A stretch of DNA of 56,798 bases from Prorocentrum cordatum. Lineage: Eukaryota. Location of the stretch: positions 62,001 to 118,798 of the forward strand of contig CAUYUJ010000066.1 in assembly GCA_963575745.1 (NCBI GenBank), in the 5' to 3' direction. The stretch's first letter is position 1; every line of letters begins with the position of its first letter. Made by a program: the position numbers and the translations under genes. Positions 11,613 through 23,602 of this stretch are shown piece after piece. Below the pieces are notes generated by a model, which was not told the DNA's origin, did no database searches, and saw only the letters and a list, made by a program, of their open reading frames with translations.

Positions 11613-11752
11613 CTCGGCGGCGACGAGAGGGGCGAATAGCCCAGGGGCGGGCAGTACACGTGTTCCCCCAGGAGCCCTGGCGAAGACACAGATCATCGGC
11701 GCCCCTGGATACGTGCATTGCTCTCGCCTGGGCTATTCGCCCCTCTCGTCGC
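11613..11752 (-). mobile_element. 140-bp GC-AG intron with perfect 27-bp TIR (Introner-like)
   Basis: GGCGACGAGAGGGGCGAATAGCCCAGG (11619-11645) is the exact reverse complement of 11727-11753; GAG at both junctions. Confidence 0.7.
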
Positions 11753-11763
11753 CTCTGAGCATC
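11753..11763 (-). CDS. Putative 11-nt microexon of ARM-repeat-like gene
   Basis: CAG|GATGCTCAGAG|GC; links phase 2 to phase 1: (R)MLR(D). Confidence 0.45.
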
Positions 11764-13665
11764 CTGCGACTCCGGAGCAGAGGTCGAGGCGCCCGGCGTG
11801 TCCCGGGTGCGCCGAAGAGGGGGGCCAGGAAGAGGCGGAAGGTGAGAGATGAGAGCGCCCGCAGAGCTTGGGGGCGGCCAAGAGGGGGGGGGCGCAAATC
11901 ATGGCCAGCGGCATGCGCGCGGCCCTTTGGGGGGGCCAGGGACGTAATGAAATAAGGAAAGGCGCCATGAAATCTGAGGAAATATCATGGCCCACGCCAT
12001 GATATCCACCCCCCCTAGTCATCACCCCCTTTTTTGTCGCCCCCGACGAGCGGGAGAGCCCGCTCCGGCGCGGTGCCAGGCTGCGGAACATTCAGCGCAC
12101 TATGCATCGCGCCGCTTCTTGCGCTGGCCACCTATGCGTCTGGATGCTGTCACTCGATGCCAGGGTCGCCAATCTAATCCCACCAGGCCTTTAGGGCGTG
12201 AGTGGTTGTTTTGGGCGTTTGCTCTTCCAGCCCTCTTTCCTCTCCTTCGGGGACAGGTTTGTCACTGTTGCCTATTGGTAAGAACCCCCTCCCCCAGGCG
12301 ATCGGCAGGCAACCAGGACCAATGCCCCCCCGCCCACCCCTATCCCTGTCAAAGAACAAAACAAAACACTGGGCAAAATCTTGGGTCATGCTCGTGGGCC
12401 CCGCGAACGCTTTGTATTGTTTGTAGACTGGGACGGCGGGGAGGCCCTCATATTGCCTCCTTTACGCAAAGCAACCATCCCGGTTAACAAAAACAATACA
12501 ACATGCACTTCGCGGCTAAATCTGGATCATGCGCGGCTACCCCGCGATCACTGTCCTGAGGTGTTTGACAAGGACCACGGGGGTGCTGGCATACTGCCTG
12601 CTGTGTGCAAGCTAACGAGACACAATCATGGCCGCCTCGCCGCGATTGCGCGCTGGTTCTCGACAAGGATGGTGGGGTCCGACGTGCTTCCTGATGTGAG
12701 CTGTCACGTTCTCGGACGCACCTGCCACACTCTGTGCGTGTCCCGGGCGTGGCCCACCTGGCTCGGCTGGACCACGCGGCACACATGGCACACGTGGCGC
12801 ATCTGGCCCGCGAGGCGTGCTTTGCATGCTTGGTCCCCAGGGGTGCCTGGCGCACCTGGGGCGCCTTGCACGCACGGCGCACCCCGCCTCATCGCGCACA
12901 TGGGGTCTGTACTGTTTCTCACTAGCTGCCCATCCATAGACAACCGCTGAACATGCTGAGGCCTGGGTGCTACTTATGTGATGGGAGGGCGGGCGGGAGT
13001 GAGCGACACAGCTTGCGGGATGGGAGGGCGTCTTGACCTCTCCCGCCCTCCCCCCTCCCCCTGGGTCTGGACGGGGAGTGGCAGCGGCTCGTTCGAGCGT
13101 CCGAAACGGCCTTGGCGAGAGGACCGAAATCACTGATTTTACAAAAAGGTTTTTGGGCACATCTTGGCATCCTGGGGGGACCCTCATGTATTACGGCCCC
13201 TCCTTTGATCGATCTCCTCCAAAATGGCCCCAATATGTCACCCGAGGCTCCCAAGGGTGCTCCAAGACTGCGCCGAGAGGTGCCCAGGACGCCCCAAGAC
13301 GGCCCACAAGAGGCCCCCAAGATGCCTCCAACAGGCTCCCAAGAGACCCTCAACAGGCTCCACGAGGCTCCCCAGAGACACCTAAGACGCCCCAGGAGGC
13401 CCCCCCGGGACTGCAACGAGACCCCCAAGGCACCCCACGAGGACTTCAAGAAGCTCTTGGAAGAAATCCGAAGAGACTCCGAGAGGCATCCAAGAAGCTT
13501 CTGGCCTTTCTACTCGCTCTCCTCCTCCTTTCCTCCTCCTCCTCCTCCTCCTCCTCCTCCTCCTAAGCCCCAACTGGCTCCCTGTTTTCGGACATACAGC
13601 ACTGGGGTTTCGCACACCCGCACAAGGTGTTGAGGGGTCGAGGCGCGCCCCTTGCAAGCAGGCCC

Positions 13666-15315
13666 ATGGCGCCGACTCGTTCGGCTCTTCGGATCATATC
13701 TTTCAATCCCACGTTTACGACTGGGGTGCGGATCAATGAACGAATTTCTTCAGGCCGCACAAGGATCGGATGCCCTGCTCCTGGCTGGTACGCAGGAGTC
13801 TTGTCGGAGGGGAGAGGGAATGCTTCGGCGTCGGTCGATGGAAGGCTTGTTCTCGAATCAATATATCGGAAAGGACTTTCTTTGACAAGCCACTGCGCCG
13901 GTTGCTCTATCTGCCTCGGTCGAGGGTGTCGTGAACGAGACATTGTCCAGACCTCGAGTTCACCCCCAGAGTGTGCAGGACGAGCGATTGCAGTGAGAGT
14001 GACGCGTGGTGCGTAAGACCTCGTGCTCGGCTCTCTCTCTCTCTCTACTTCGCTCCTCAGCCTGCGAAGAAAGGCCAGGTGGGCAGTTATTCAGCGACCG
14101 TCCAGGCACTCACGAGACGGTGGGACGACATCCTGAACCCCCTCCCGTCCCGCACGCTGCCCATCTTCTACTCGGTCTTAAACGGCGGGTTGGGGTTAAG
14201 CAAGGTATCGGGGCAGTGGGAGGCGGTGCCGTCGTCGTCTGTGGGGGACACGAGGGGACGAGAACAACGACGACGAGGGGCAGGAGAGGAGGTGCGGAAG
14301 CTAAAGGACCGGCATTACCTATGTGCTTCATTTACGTTTCGCCCCCTGGAATACAAATATATCTCCTGTTCTAATTCTTCGATTGCCTCTACGATTGACT
14401 ACCTGTATATTCCCCACGGATACCACGAAATAATAGTACACTGTCATACACTCCGCAAGTTGAGAGCTCAGGTGCAGGCGGTGCGCGCACTTCCCCCTCG
14501 GGATCACGTACTTGAAATGGATTACGTCAAAGATCCTAGGCAGTTAACTTCCCAACCACCTCCCAAACTCACCCCCTCGGCACTCATGATGGCGGTGAGG
14601 TACGGAAGGGGTAAGGCCGCATTCCTCTGCGACCTCGTCACTGAATTGGATGGGAATGAGGAAGAATTGCTGACCCTCACACACAGGCGCACCCGACAAC
14701 GACTTCGAGGCCTACGAAAGGATGTTCACCCAGGTGGGGATAAACCACTTTCGCTCGTCGCCCTCGGCACCTAGCTCGGCCGATTGCGCTCGCAGACGGG
14801 AGCTCTCAAAAATGAGGATGGACATGAAGGCTAGCAAGGAGAGCAATGGGGCGGAAGAGATGAAGGAGATCGAGCAGGAGCTTAGGAAATTGTCGAATCG
14901 GCTAAAGGCGGAAAGGAGGACATCGGCCAAAAGGGAGCGTGCACTCATAATGGAACTGATTGAGGGAGCGTGGAGAGAGCGCCGGCTGGCGGACGCCACG
15001 CACCTATCCCGAAGAGCGGCAACATATCGGTTTGGGGCAGAGCAGCGAGACGGTCAACGACTGGGCCCAGCACCACTGGACAAGCACGCGCGGGAGGAGT
15101 ACATGGCACGACCAGGGGGGGAAGGAGGCATGCGAGCACGCGCGATACCATGGCACACATGGCGCGCTTCCCGTGATGATGTACCGCCCCCTCACACCTC
15201 GGCGGGCCGCGAGTCTAGCTTTGCAGAACAGGCCTCGGAATATTACGCTGCACTCAGGGCCAAGTCCAAATTTCATTTCGGGCCTGGCCCCAACCCCGGC
15301 ACTTCCACTTCATGA
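13666..15315 (+). pseudogene. Truncated LINE ORF2 fragment: APE endonuclease plus linker, no RT
   Basis: LRIISFNP..., AGCSICLG, GRAIAVRV, LYFAPQP, (D)LNGGLG, STIDYLYIP, RDH motifs across frameshifts and stops. Confidence 0.7.
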
Positions 15316-15658
15316 AAGTAAAATGCCCAAATTGAAAGGCAAACCGGCACACACCGACATCGAGGAAGAACGCACGGATACAAAAACATGTCGCCAGAAA
15401 TCTGAGGGCGACGACGACCACTTGGTACGCCCGAAACGTGTACGGAATAAACGGGTAATGGCGATGCCCAACAACACATGTTGTCCCAAACCGACAGCGG
15501 CCGCTGTCGGGCAGGCGACATTCTGTCTCAAGTGGACGCCGCCCGCGGCCACACTGACAGCGATTCCGGTTCAAAATGGGCAGGAACTGCTGTCGGCTTT
15601 CATCCCCAGTGATTCTCGGAACCAATTTCGCAGAAGAAAAAGAGGCACGGGACAAACA

Positions 15659-15870
15659 TAAACTTGTGGCGCTCCGCGCGGGTTTCTGGGATCTGCGCTG
15701 GATGGGCGCCAGGCGCGCCGCCCCTGGCGCGCCGCCTCTGGCGCCCTGCGATCTCTGCGCTTTGCGCGCCGTCCTTGGCGCGCGGAGAGCGCCAGGGGCG
15801 GCGCCTCTTCTGGCGCCGCTGGGGGGGCCCAGCGCGGATCCAAGAACTCCGCGCGGAACGCCACACATTT
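15659..15870. mobile_element. MITE family B copy
   Basis: Imperfect TIR AAACTTGTGGCGCTCCGCGCGGGTTTCTGGGATC vs GATCCAAGAACTCCGCGCGGAACGCCACACATTT; related to 56004-56156. Confidence 0.65.
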
Positions 15871-16360
15871 CTGCTTATGGCGTTTTTACTTCTTCGATTT
15901 CGACGGGGCCGAAACATCGGGGATGGACAGACCCCCTTTTGTAAAACGTGGTTTGGTGAAAACGACCTCGGGCCCAAACCTGGCGGGCGCAAGCCTGGAA
16001 AATGACGGCTGCGGCGCCCCCTCGAGAACCGAAAACGGGCAATCAACGAATCGCCGTGTCAGGGTGGGGGTTCTGTCCGCCCCCGAAAACACTTTTTCCA
16101 TCGGCGGCGGCGAGGCGGGACAATCCGCTCCAGCGTAGCAGCGATGCAGGGGCACTACAAAGCGAACTGGCCGACATGCAGGAGGACGGAAAAAGGGGAA
16201 GGCGGCCGCGGGGGGGAGAAGGGCGAACACTCTGAGGCAGAAGACTTCCGCCATGAGCAACCGGAGCGGCCCGACCCCCCCCCGCCCTGCCCCACTCCTC
16301 CTCGTCCTCCTCCTCCTCCTCCTCCCGCCCCCGCAAACACGAGGGCGGCGACGGCGTGGC

Positions 16361-16445
16361 CTCCGGCCGGAGCCCGGGTCGTCCTCCCAGCCCACGGGAC
16401 CCCCGCTGCCGCCCAGGGTGGCGAGCAGCTGCAAGGCGTGCAGGC
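16361..16445 (-). CDS. Exon of ARM-repeat-like host gene
   Basis: GAG|GC...AG|GC; (G)LHALQLLATLGGSGGPVGWEDDPGSGR(R); joins in phase to ...ELQHE(G) at 35208. Confidence 0.6.
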
Positions 16446-16781
16446 CTCGGGGGCCAGCAGCGAGAAGGCTTCGGGGCGCCCTCCCCAGACTGATGGGCAT
16501 GCTGTCCGCCGCCACCACCAGAAGTTGGAGGGCGGGAAGGGAAGGAGGTGGAGGATGAGGGGGAGGACGAGGACGAGGAGGAGGAAGAGGAAGAGGAAGA
16601 GGAGGAGGAGGAGGAGGAGGAGGAGGAGGAGGAGGAGGAGGAGGAGGAGGAGGAGGAGGAGGAGGAGTTGGAGTTGGAGTTGGAGTTGGAGTTGGAGTTG
16701 GAGGAGGAGGAGGAGGAGGAGGAGGAGGAGGAGGAGGAGGAGGAGGAGGAGGAGGAGGAGGACCCCCTCCTTCGCGTGCAC

Positions 16782-17099
16782 TCGGGCCGCTGACCTGAAG
16801 AACCCGACATAAGGAACGCGGTCCCTTTTTTCCCATACGTTAAGCTTCGACTTCCCACGTGAAGCTGCAGGAAAACCCAAAGGCAAACTACACAAAACAA
16901 TAAAGAAACACCCCTTCGCGTACAGCCGGGGCGATGAAAAAGGAACCGTTCTCGTTGGGGAAAGGCTCGGTGTTCATTGATTGTTTTGCAATTTGCCGTC
17001 GGCTTTCCTGCCGTTTTTCATGGGTGCTCGAAGTTTTTGGAACTTGTGGGAACAAGGGGCCTCGTTCCTTATGTCGGGTGCCTTCGGTCAACGCCCCGA
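16782..17099. mobile_element. MITE with about 60-bp imperfect TIRs
   Basis: ACCCGACATAAGGAACG at about 16802 vs CGTTCCTTATGTCGGGT at about 17063. Confidence 0.6.
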
Positions 17100-17534
17100 C
17101 GGTAGCGACAAACATCACGACGAAAGGTTTTTGTTCGATGTTCGGTTCCGCGCAAAAGCGACCCTATGCAAGAGCGGCCTCTGGTGCGCGGCTTTCGGAA
17201 GGCGGGGGGCGCCAAAGCAGAGAGCGCAAGCCGCGATCTATCGCATCGCGTTCAATCATCTGGGGACCCGGTGTGCCCGCACCTAAGGCCCCCTTGGGGA
17301 AACGCCACTTTTACGTGCCGCCGACCTTTCCAACTTTGGGGGCCCTTGCTAGGCCCCGGGTCCGTCAACTAAAACGACAAGGAAGAAACGCTGGTCCCAG
17401 AGAGGAGTCCAGACCTCCATGGGGGAGGGTCCACGTCATGCAGCAATCACGACGTCGAGGGTCTGGGTCCGCCGTCGGAGGGCCTGGTGCGCAGTCGGGG
17501 CGTGGTCTTATAAGAGCGCGGGCCAATGGCAGAC

Positions 17535-17660
17535 TGGTGAGATCTTCTCTCGGGATGCTTGCCGGGAGAGGTGAGCCGAAACGTCGATGGAGCATGCCGC
17601 ATCACGATGTCCAAATACTCTTTCAGCACAGACACTGCACGGGGGCTACGGGTTTATGCC
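17535..17660 (-). repeat. 3' LTR
   Basis: Direct repeat of 23603-23727 (about 16 substitutions plus 1 indel by manual count); ends ...CACCA on minus strand; preceded by purine-rich GAAGGGGGC (17661-17669). Confidence 0.85.
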
Positions 17661-17959
17661 GCCCCCTTCGTGCCGCCTGGCTCCTTTGGCCAGGCGCGGC
17701 TCAAACCCATGCGCAGCAGAGCCCGTTCTCGGCAGCGCAGATGTTGCAGGATCAATTCGACCATTCGGACGTGCCCAGAGTAAGCACTAAGCAGCGCCAC
17801 TGACCGTAGCCCTATTCAAGTCAAAACATGGCGTGGAGGCTGAAGAACTGCAGGCCAAAATGGCCATCGTCGTAGACGTGCCCCCCAGACCTTCGCCTGG
17901 AGGGCACTCGAGAGAGGCGCGTCCGAGATCTCAACATTCATCATGCTCACAGCTCGCAG

Positions 17960-18400
17960 CAACGCTGCCTGGTCTAGGTGCTTAATGCCCAGGTCCGCGG
18001 GATTGGCCTTGCCAGGATCTTGGTGAGCTGGAAGCGGCCGTCGCGAAGGGCCCGCTGGGCCCACGGCGTCGGCTTCTCCAGTTGGCGAACCTCGCCGCAG
18101 CCTCGGCGCTGCATGATGCCGAGGGCCGCGGCCGAATCGCTTCACGCACGAAGGCCCACGTCCCGACCGAAGCCCCGATTCAGGGCCTGCATGCCGATGG
18201 CCCTGCTGGCAGCACGCGCGCAGCCGTAGCACTCCGCTTCGCCTGAGCTCCTGGCGATCGGGATCTGGGTCGTCGAGGCCGTCGCGATCAGGTGCTGGCC
18301 GTGCTTGATCGCGACCGAGCTGGTGCTCCGCCTGGTGATCGGGCAGCCAGCCCAATCCGTGTCTGTGTAGACGTCCCGAAGACGGGCCCCACCTCCACGC
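17960..18400 (-). pseudogene. Copia RNase H
   Basis: VYTDTDWAGCPITRRSTSS...SSGEAECYG...PGKANPADLGIKHL. Confidence 0.9.
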
Positions 18401-18439
18401 AGCGCGCGGTGCTCCCACAAGGAAGCGCCCTGTGCGCTT

Positions 18440-19500
18440 CAGCGCTTCAGGAGTCTGCGATGGCGCTCCGTCGGCGTCTGCATGCCACGGGCGCGCTCCT
18501 TCGCGGCGAACTGCAGCGCCTCGTGGTCGAGCGCGAGATAGCCCAACCTCGTGTGCGCACACCGGTACTCGGCCGCCTCGGCCTCGGGCAGCTCGCGCTC
18601 GACCTCAGGTGTCAGATTCTGGCTCGCGCCAGGCGTGCTCAGTGAAATCGCGGCCGACGTCGTCCCAAGCTGCGCATGGAGGATCTGCGCATGCCTGGGG
18701 CCCGCCTCGCGCTCGATGGTTTCGCCCCCCTTGGCTCCGCCGGTCACGCCAGCGCATGGCCCTGTTGAGGCGCGTGATCTCCTTCAGGTCGGTCGGCGCT
18801 GGCCCGCGCACGCCGCGGTCCTTCGCGATGAACTTCGCACTCAGCATCTCACGGATCGCCTCCGTCAGTCGCGGAGGCCCTCGAGAACGAAGTCGTCGCC
18901 GTGGTGGAAGAAGCCCACCTGCTTGTCCTTATGGTAGTACACGCGCGGAGAGAAGGTCGACTGGTCGCAGACGGCGCCGACGACGGTCTCAGCGGTCGTC
19001 AGCTCGAAGTTCTGGCCGGCATCGCGCGTCCCGTAGAGTGTCATCATCCAGGGCCCGCGCGTGTCCATCTCCTGCGACATCGGGCCCTCCTCGGAGAGCC
19101 CGATGTAGAGCGTCCTCTTGATCTCGCAGTGCGGGTGAGTCGATGTCCAAGAAGCGCAGGGCGCGACCCTCGGCAGGGTCGCTCGACATCGCCATGCTGC
19201 ACACGAGCCGGAGGCACTCCAGCGGTGGCGTCACTGCGAACACTGCGCCGACGTCGCCCCCAGCGATGGTGCTCTGCGCTCTGGTCTCCTGCGCGACGAG
19301 ACGCGGCCAATAGTCAGGCCTGCTGGAGTCACCCTTGTCGATGTCGACCCAGCGCGCGCTGAGAGGCTTGCGGTCGAACTCACGGTGGCAGTCCTCGTCG
19401 CTCGGGTAGGTCCACGCGCCGAGCGGGGCAATGAAGTCCATCTCCGCGCGCCTCGCCGCCTTGACCTTCTCGGCGTCCAGCGGCGCTCCATAAAGCTCGG
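18440..19500 (-). pseudogene. Copia reverse transcriptase (frameshifted)
   Basis: KPLSARWVDIDKGD...RLVAQE...FAVTPPLE...FLDI; TLYGTRDAGQNFE; HGDDFV; LNRAMRW; YLALDHEALQFAAKE. Confidence 0.9.
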
Positions 19501-19619
19501 TATCCAGAATGTCGCGCCAGCGCCCGGTGAAGCCCTTCAGGCTGACCCCCTCGCCGTCCACGTTCGGCCCCGCGCCGAGGGCCGAAAAAGTGAGCGCCTT
19601 CTTGTTCGAGAGGTGCTGG

Positions 19620-20260
19620 CGGAGACCGCGTAGCATGGCGCGAAGGAGCCTCGTTGGGCACCTCCCTGCCGCGCGCGCGTTGTGGCCGACGAAGGTGGGG
19701 CGCTCGCGCTGTGGACCTATCCTGGTGTCGTTCGGGCTGCGCTTGCAAACCTCAACCAACGCCTCCATATTGTTGCTCATCCACCCTGTCGGCTCCTCGG
19801 CGAGCCTGTCTCCGCGAGCGCCCGGGGCCGCGGGGCCGAGCGCGCGCTGGCCCCCTCGCCAGACCGCCGCGCCGGGGAGGGCCATCACGTTCTTCACCAC
19901 GCCCAGGCCCCAGCTGTCGGCGCCCCAGGAGTGCTCGCGCAGGAACGCGCGGCCACTCACGACCTGCAGCGCATGCAACTCCATCGCGAACCTTAGGTGC
20001 TCGTGCCTGGTGGGATAGGCCTGGCGCTGCTTCTTGGAATCCTCGCCCAGGCGCGTCAGCATGGAGAGCGGCGCGCAGCGAGGGCTCCCCGGGAGGAAGT
20101 GCGGCTGGTAGTACCCAACTATAGCTCGCGACATCGGTGCTTTTGGTGGCGGTCGGGCAAATCCCAGCCGCGACCCAGACGTCGAACGAGGCGCCGTGGA
20201 CCAGCCCGAAGAGCGGCGCAAAAGCTGTTCGGGCAGAACACCCACGTCAACCTTGCGCCC
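19620..20260 (-). pseudogene. C5 cytosine DNA methyltransferase-like domain between integrase and RT
   Basis: Reconstructed across frameshifts: VDV.(E)VFCP..F...FGLVHGASFD...GWDL...YQPHFLPGSPRC..LS.L...FLREHSWGADSW...GGQRALG...EEPTGWMSN...AAGRCPTRLLRAMLRGL, the order of C5-MTase motifs I, IV, VI, VIII, X. Confidence 0.6.
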
Positions 20261-20699
20261 GCTGTAGCCGAGCGAAAACAGCGGCGCCTCAATCTCCGCC
20301 TGCATGTCGCCGTCGCCTGGGCCTGGGGGAGCCGGGGCCATGTTCGCGTCAGCGGCTGGCGCGGCCTCCGGCGCAGGCGCCGCCGGAGCCGGCCCGCCGC
20401 TGCCTGGCGAAGTGCCTCCTCCGCTATCCCCGCGCTGTCGCTTCCGATCGCGAGCCTCCTCGAGCCTCGCCTCGTCGCCCTCGAGCGTCGCCTTCTCGAT
20501 CCGAGCGCGGCGCTCGGCTGAGTGAGCCTGCGCCCGGGCGCCGAGGGGGATCGCGGCGCAGCTGCAGCTGCCGGGGGTGGTGCCGTACATCGCGATCTCG
20601 ATGTCCTTCTCGATGTAGGCGGCTAGAGGCCCGGCGCTCGGCCGCGCGCCTCGAGGAGCCCGATCGAGGTGGGAGGTCCGCCCCCTCGGGGGCCGGCAG

Positions 20700-21700
20700 T
20701 GCCGCGTCGGCTGGGCCGACGGGCAGACTGGGGCGCCAGCCGGCGCGACTGGCACTGGCACGCGGATCTCGATGGCCACCAGGACCTCGTCACTCGCCGC
20801 ATTCCCCGGCACGGGCGCCCACGGCTTCCTCCCGAGACCGATCAGCATGTCCTTGTCGCCGCGCTGGTCGATCGGCAGCCGCTCGAGGGCCCGGGCGCGC
20901 AGCGCGACGAACTCCGCGCCGATGTAGACCTCGTCGGTGCGCAGCGTGGGCCCCAGGTGGAGCCGAGAGAGGAACTTGTCCTCAATGCGGGCCTTCCGCT
21001 TGCCCCCTGGGAGGGCGCAGCGCCTTCTCCGAGAAGCTTGCGAGGTCCTTGCCGAAAGCCCGGCCGTGCCCGAGCTCCCGCGCGGTCCGACCGTCGGCGC
21101 CGCGCCGGCCCAAGTTGGTCGACGTCGCCGCGTGCTCGACCATCCGCGGGGTTGCCGGGTGGTCGACGCCGACGCTCGCGCCGCGGAGGTCGTCGACCTG
21201 CGCCCTCGCGGCCCAGACTTTGGCCTTCACCTCGCGCGCGGCGTGTTCGGTGAAGCCGTTGCCCTGAGAGTCGCCAGCCGCGCTCTCCTCGGGGGCCGTC
21301 TCGACGCCGCGGCCCTCCTTGAGCTTGGCTGCGACGGCGACGAGAGAAGCGTCGCCATCCGCGCGGGAGACGAAGCGCTTGTGGCCAGCCAGCGCTAGCC
21401 TCTTCGACTGCGACTTCCGGCCAAGGATGCTGCGCCCCCTTGGCCGTCGCCGTGGGCGCGTGGAACCAGCGCTGCTTGGAGCCCTTGCCAGTCGGCGTCG
21501 TCGCCCCGACCTCGCTCGCGAGAATTAGCTGTAGTCGATGCCAACCGCCGCGAGAGCAGCCCCTTGGCGGTCCGTGGTGTGGCGGCCCGCTGATGGGCCC
21601 CTGCCGAGGACGCGCTCCCAACGCCGTGCCCTGTCGGGCTTGCGCAGCACCTCGCGCGCGGCTCGCTCTGCCGCCGTCGGGGCCGCGGGCCCCCTCGCCG
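20700..21700 (-). pseudogene. Copia integrase (degenerate HHCC plus DDE core)
   Basis: PTAAERAA(H>R)EVL(H>R)KP.RA(W>R)(C>R)WE(C>R)VLGRG; VGIDY; RADGDASL; SQGNGFTEHAAREVKAKV. Confidence 0.8.
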
Positions 21701-21838
21701 GTCGCGCCGGGGGGCCCTCGGCGACCTGGCCGGCCGCGCCCTCGGGAGGCTCTGGGCCCGCCGCCTCCGCGGGCAGACCTCCGGCGCGGGTCGACGTGCG
21801 CGTCGATCTCGTATAGACCTTGTTCCCGCGGCAGAACT

Positions 21839-22216
21839 TCACGACGTCTCCGCTGGTCTCGCGGCGCGCGTTGCTGACATCTCGCCCGCCCTCGGAGTCG
21901 CGACGACGAGTCGGTGGCCCGAGTCGGCCATCGCCGCGACGCTCAGCAACGGCTTGCTGACGTCCGCCACCCTGAACTCGGCGGCGCGCGCCTGGGAAGC
22001 CCCAGGCATCTTTCCCGCGAAGAGCTTCTCGCCCTCGTCAGCCGCGTAGTGGCCAGAGGCGATCGTGTAGGCGATCGCCCCACCAGTACTGTCGCGCACT
22101 GGGTAGTCCGCGCGCCAGCCGCGCGGTAGCGCAGAGGCCGCCGCGCGCGAGTCGACGCCCGCGCGCGAGATGCCGTTGAGCTCGACGTCCTCCGCATCCG
22201 CGTTGCCGTGGACCAT
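21839..22216 (-). pseudogene. Copia aspartic protease
   Basis: GVDSRAAASALP...YTIASG...DEGEK...FRVADVSKPLLSVAAMADSGH. Confidence 0.8.
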
Positions 22217-22329
22217 GCGCGCGCCCAGGGCCGCGCCACTCGCGGAGTCGACGCCGCCCGCCTACGCAGGCCCTGGGTCGATCGAGGTGAAGGAGTGGAG
22301 GTGCGCGAGCGGGTGTGTCGCGATTGAGG

Positions 22330-23420
22330 TAGAGCGGTGCAATCTACCGAGACGCTCCACTCGTCGAAGACGATGCTGGACCTATCCTCGTGGTCGCAGC
22401 TGTCGAGATCGAGGCGGCTGACAAGGGAGCCGACGGGGCCGGCCCGGTCGCGCCAAGGCCCGCTCCGAGCCCATAGTGCTGGTTCAGGCGCGACAGAATC
22501 TGCCCCATGCTCGCCAGTGCGCCCCTGTTCTTGCTAGGGCACTCGCGCCGGGTGTGGCCTCGGCCGCCGCGGCCCCAGCAGGGTTCTGCCCCTGGCCCTT
22601 GACTCCGCTGGTCTTGCTCTTGCCTTCGGACTTGGTCTTCCCCTTGCCGTCGCTCCTGCCCTTGCCTTTGCCTTTGCCGTCGCTCTTGGCGTTGCCCTTG
22701 CCATCGCCCCTGCCCTTGCCCTCGCCGCCCGTGGCGAAGGCGCTCAGGTCCATCGGCTCCGGGGCCGGGGCGACTGCACTCAAGGCCCTGCGGATGTCGG
22801 TAACCTCCTGGCGGAAGTCCTGCAACTCCACGAACCGGGTCGCGCTGAGCAGGAGGTGTTACCGCAGGGGCCCTTCCTCGAGCTGGTGCAGCACAGTGCC
22901 TATCCTCATCTAAGCCGATGAGGGTATCACCGCTCCGCTGCTCATAACGGATCAGTTGTCGCTCGAACAGAGCTAGCCTGTCCTCGACATCGCCAGCGAA
23001 GGTGAAGTCCAGAAGGTTGAGCAGCTGGCCGACGATCCGAAACCGAGCGTTCGGCTCATAGTACTCAAATAGCTTGCGCCACGCCTGGAAGCCCTCATTC
23101 TCGCCGCTAGTGACGACGGTGGTCAAGAGATGCTGGCGGCGTAGGAGGAGGATGTAATACAGCTGCTGCGAGGCCCTTTCGAGCGAATCTCCAGCTAGGT
23201 CGTCTAGGAGCACCGAGATCGCGTCGGCACTCTCAGCCCGACGCGTCCCTATGACCAAGTCTGAATTCAACAGCGCAGCGCGCTCTGAAAATGACCATCC
23301 AGTCGTTCCGCTTGTGCGCCTCCCCCGTGAACGCGTCAGGCTTGCCGAGCGTGCGCGTGTCCACCAGGCGGGCTTGAGCGCCGCGAAGAGCTTCAGATGT
23401 TTGCCGAGAGCGGACCACAG
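22330..23420 (-). pseudogene. Copia gag with degenerate CCHC zinc knuckle
   Basis: VDTRTLGKPDAFTGE..(W)NDW..FRA; QLYYIL; EGFQAWRKL; PEPMDLSA, KGKGKG-rich tract, CWG(C>R)GGRGHTRREC. Confidence 0.8.
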
Positions 23421-23590
23421 GCGCTATAACTTCAACAACTTACGCAGAGCCCGAGCTATCCGCCGCCAGCCGTTGCTTGACACATTGATTCGCTCCTCGT
23501 TCTCGGGCACACTTCGCACGTGCGCGGCGCCCGCGCTCGCGGGGCCGACAGCCGCGGAACACCCGCCAGACGACGACGGCAGGGGCTGCG

Positions 23591-23602
23591 GCTCCGCTAC
23601 CA
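23591..23602 (-). other. Primer binding site
   Basis: TGGTAGCGGAGC directly after the 5' LTR terminal CA, resembling tRNA-Met-type PBS TGGTATCAGAGC. Confidence 0.75.

Noticed and set aside
12700..12900. GAPGAPGTPG collagen-like coding
   Set aside because: Short degenerate 9-bp repeat with no sustained G-X-Y frame or splice support
17803..17820. ACCGTAGCCCTATTCAAG as an SL relic
   Set aside because: Lacks the TTTTGGCTCAAG core and lies antisense within the copia 3' region; likely chance
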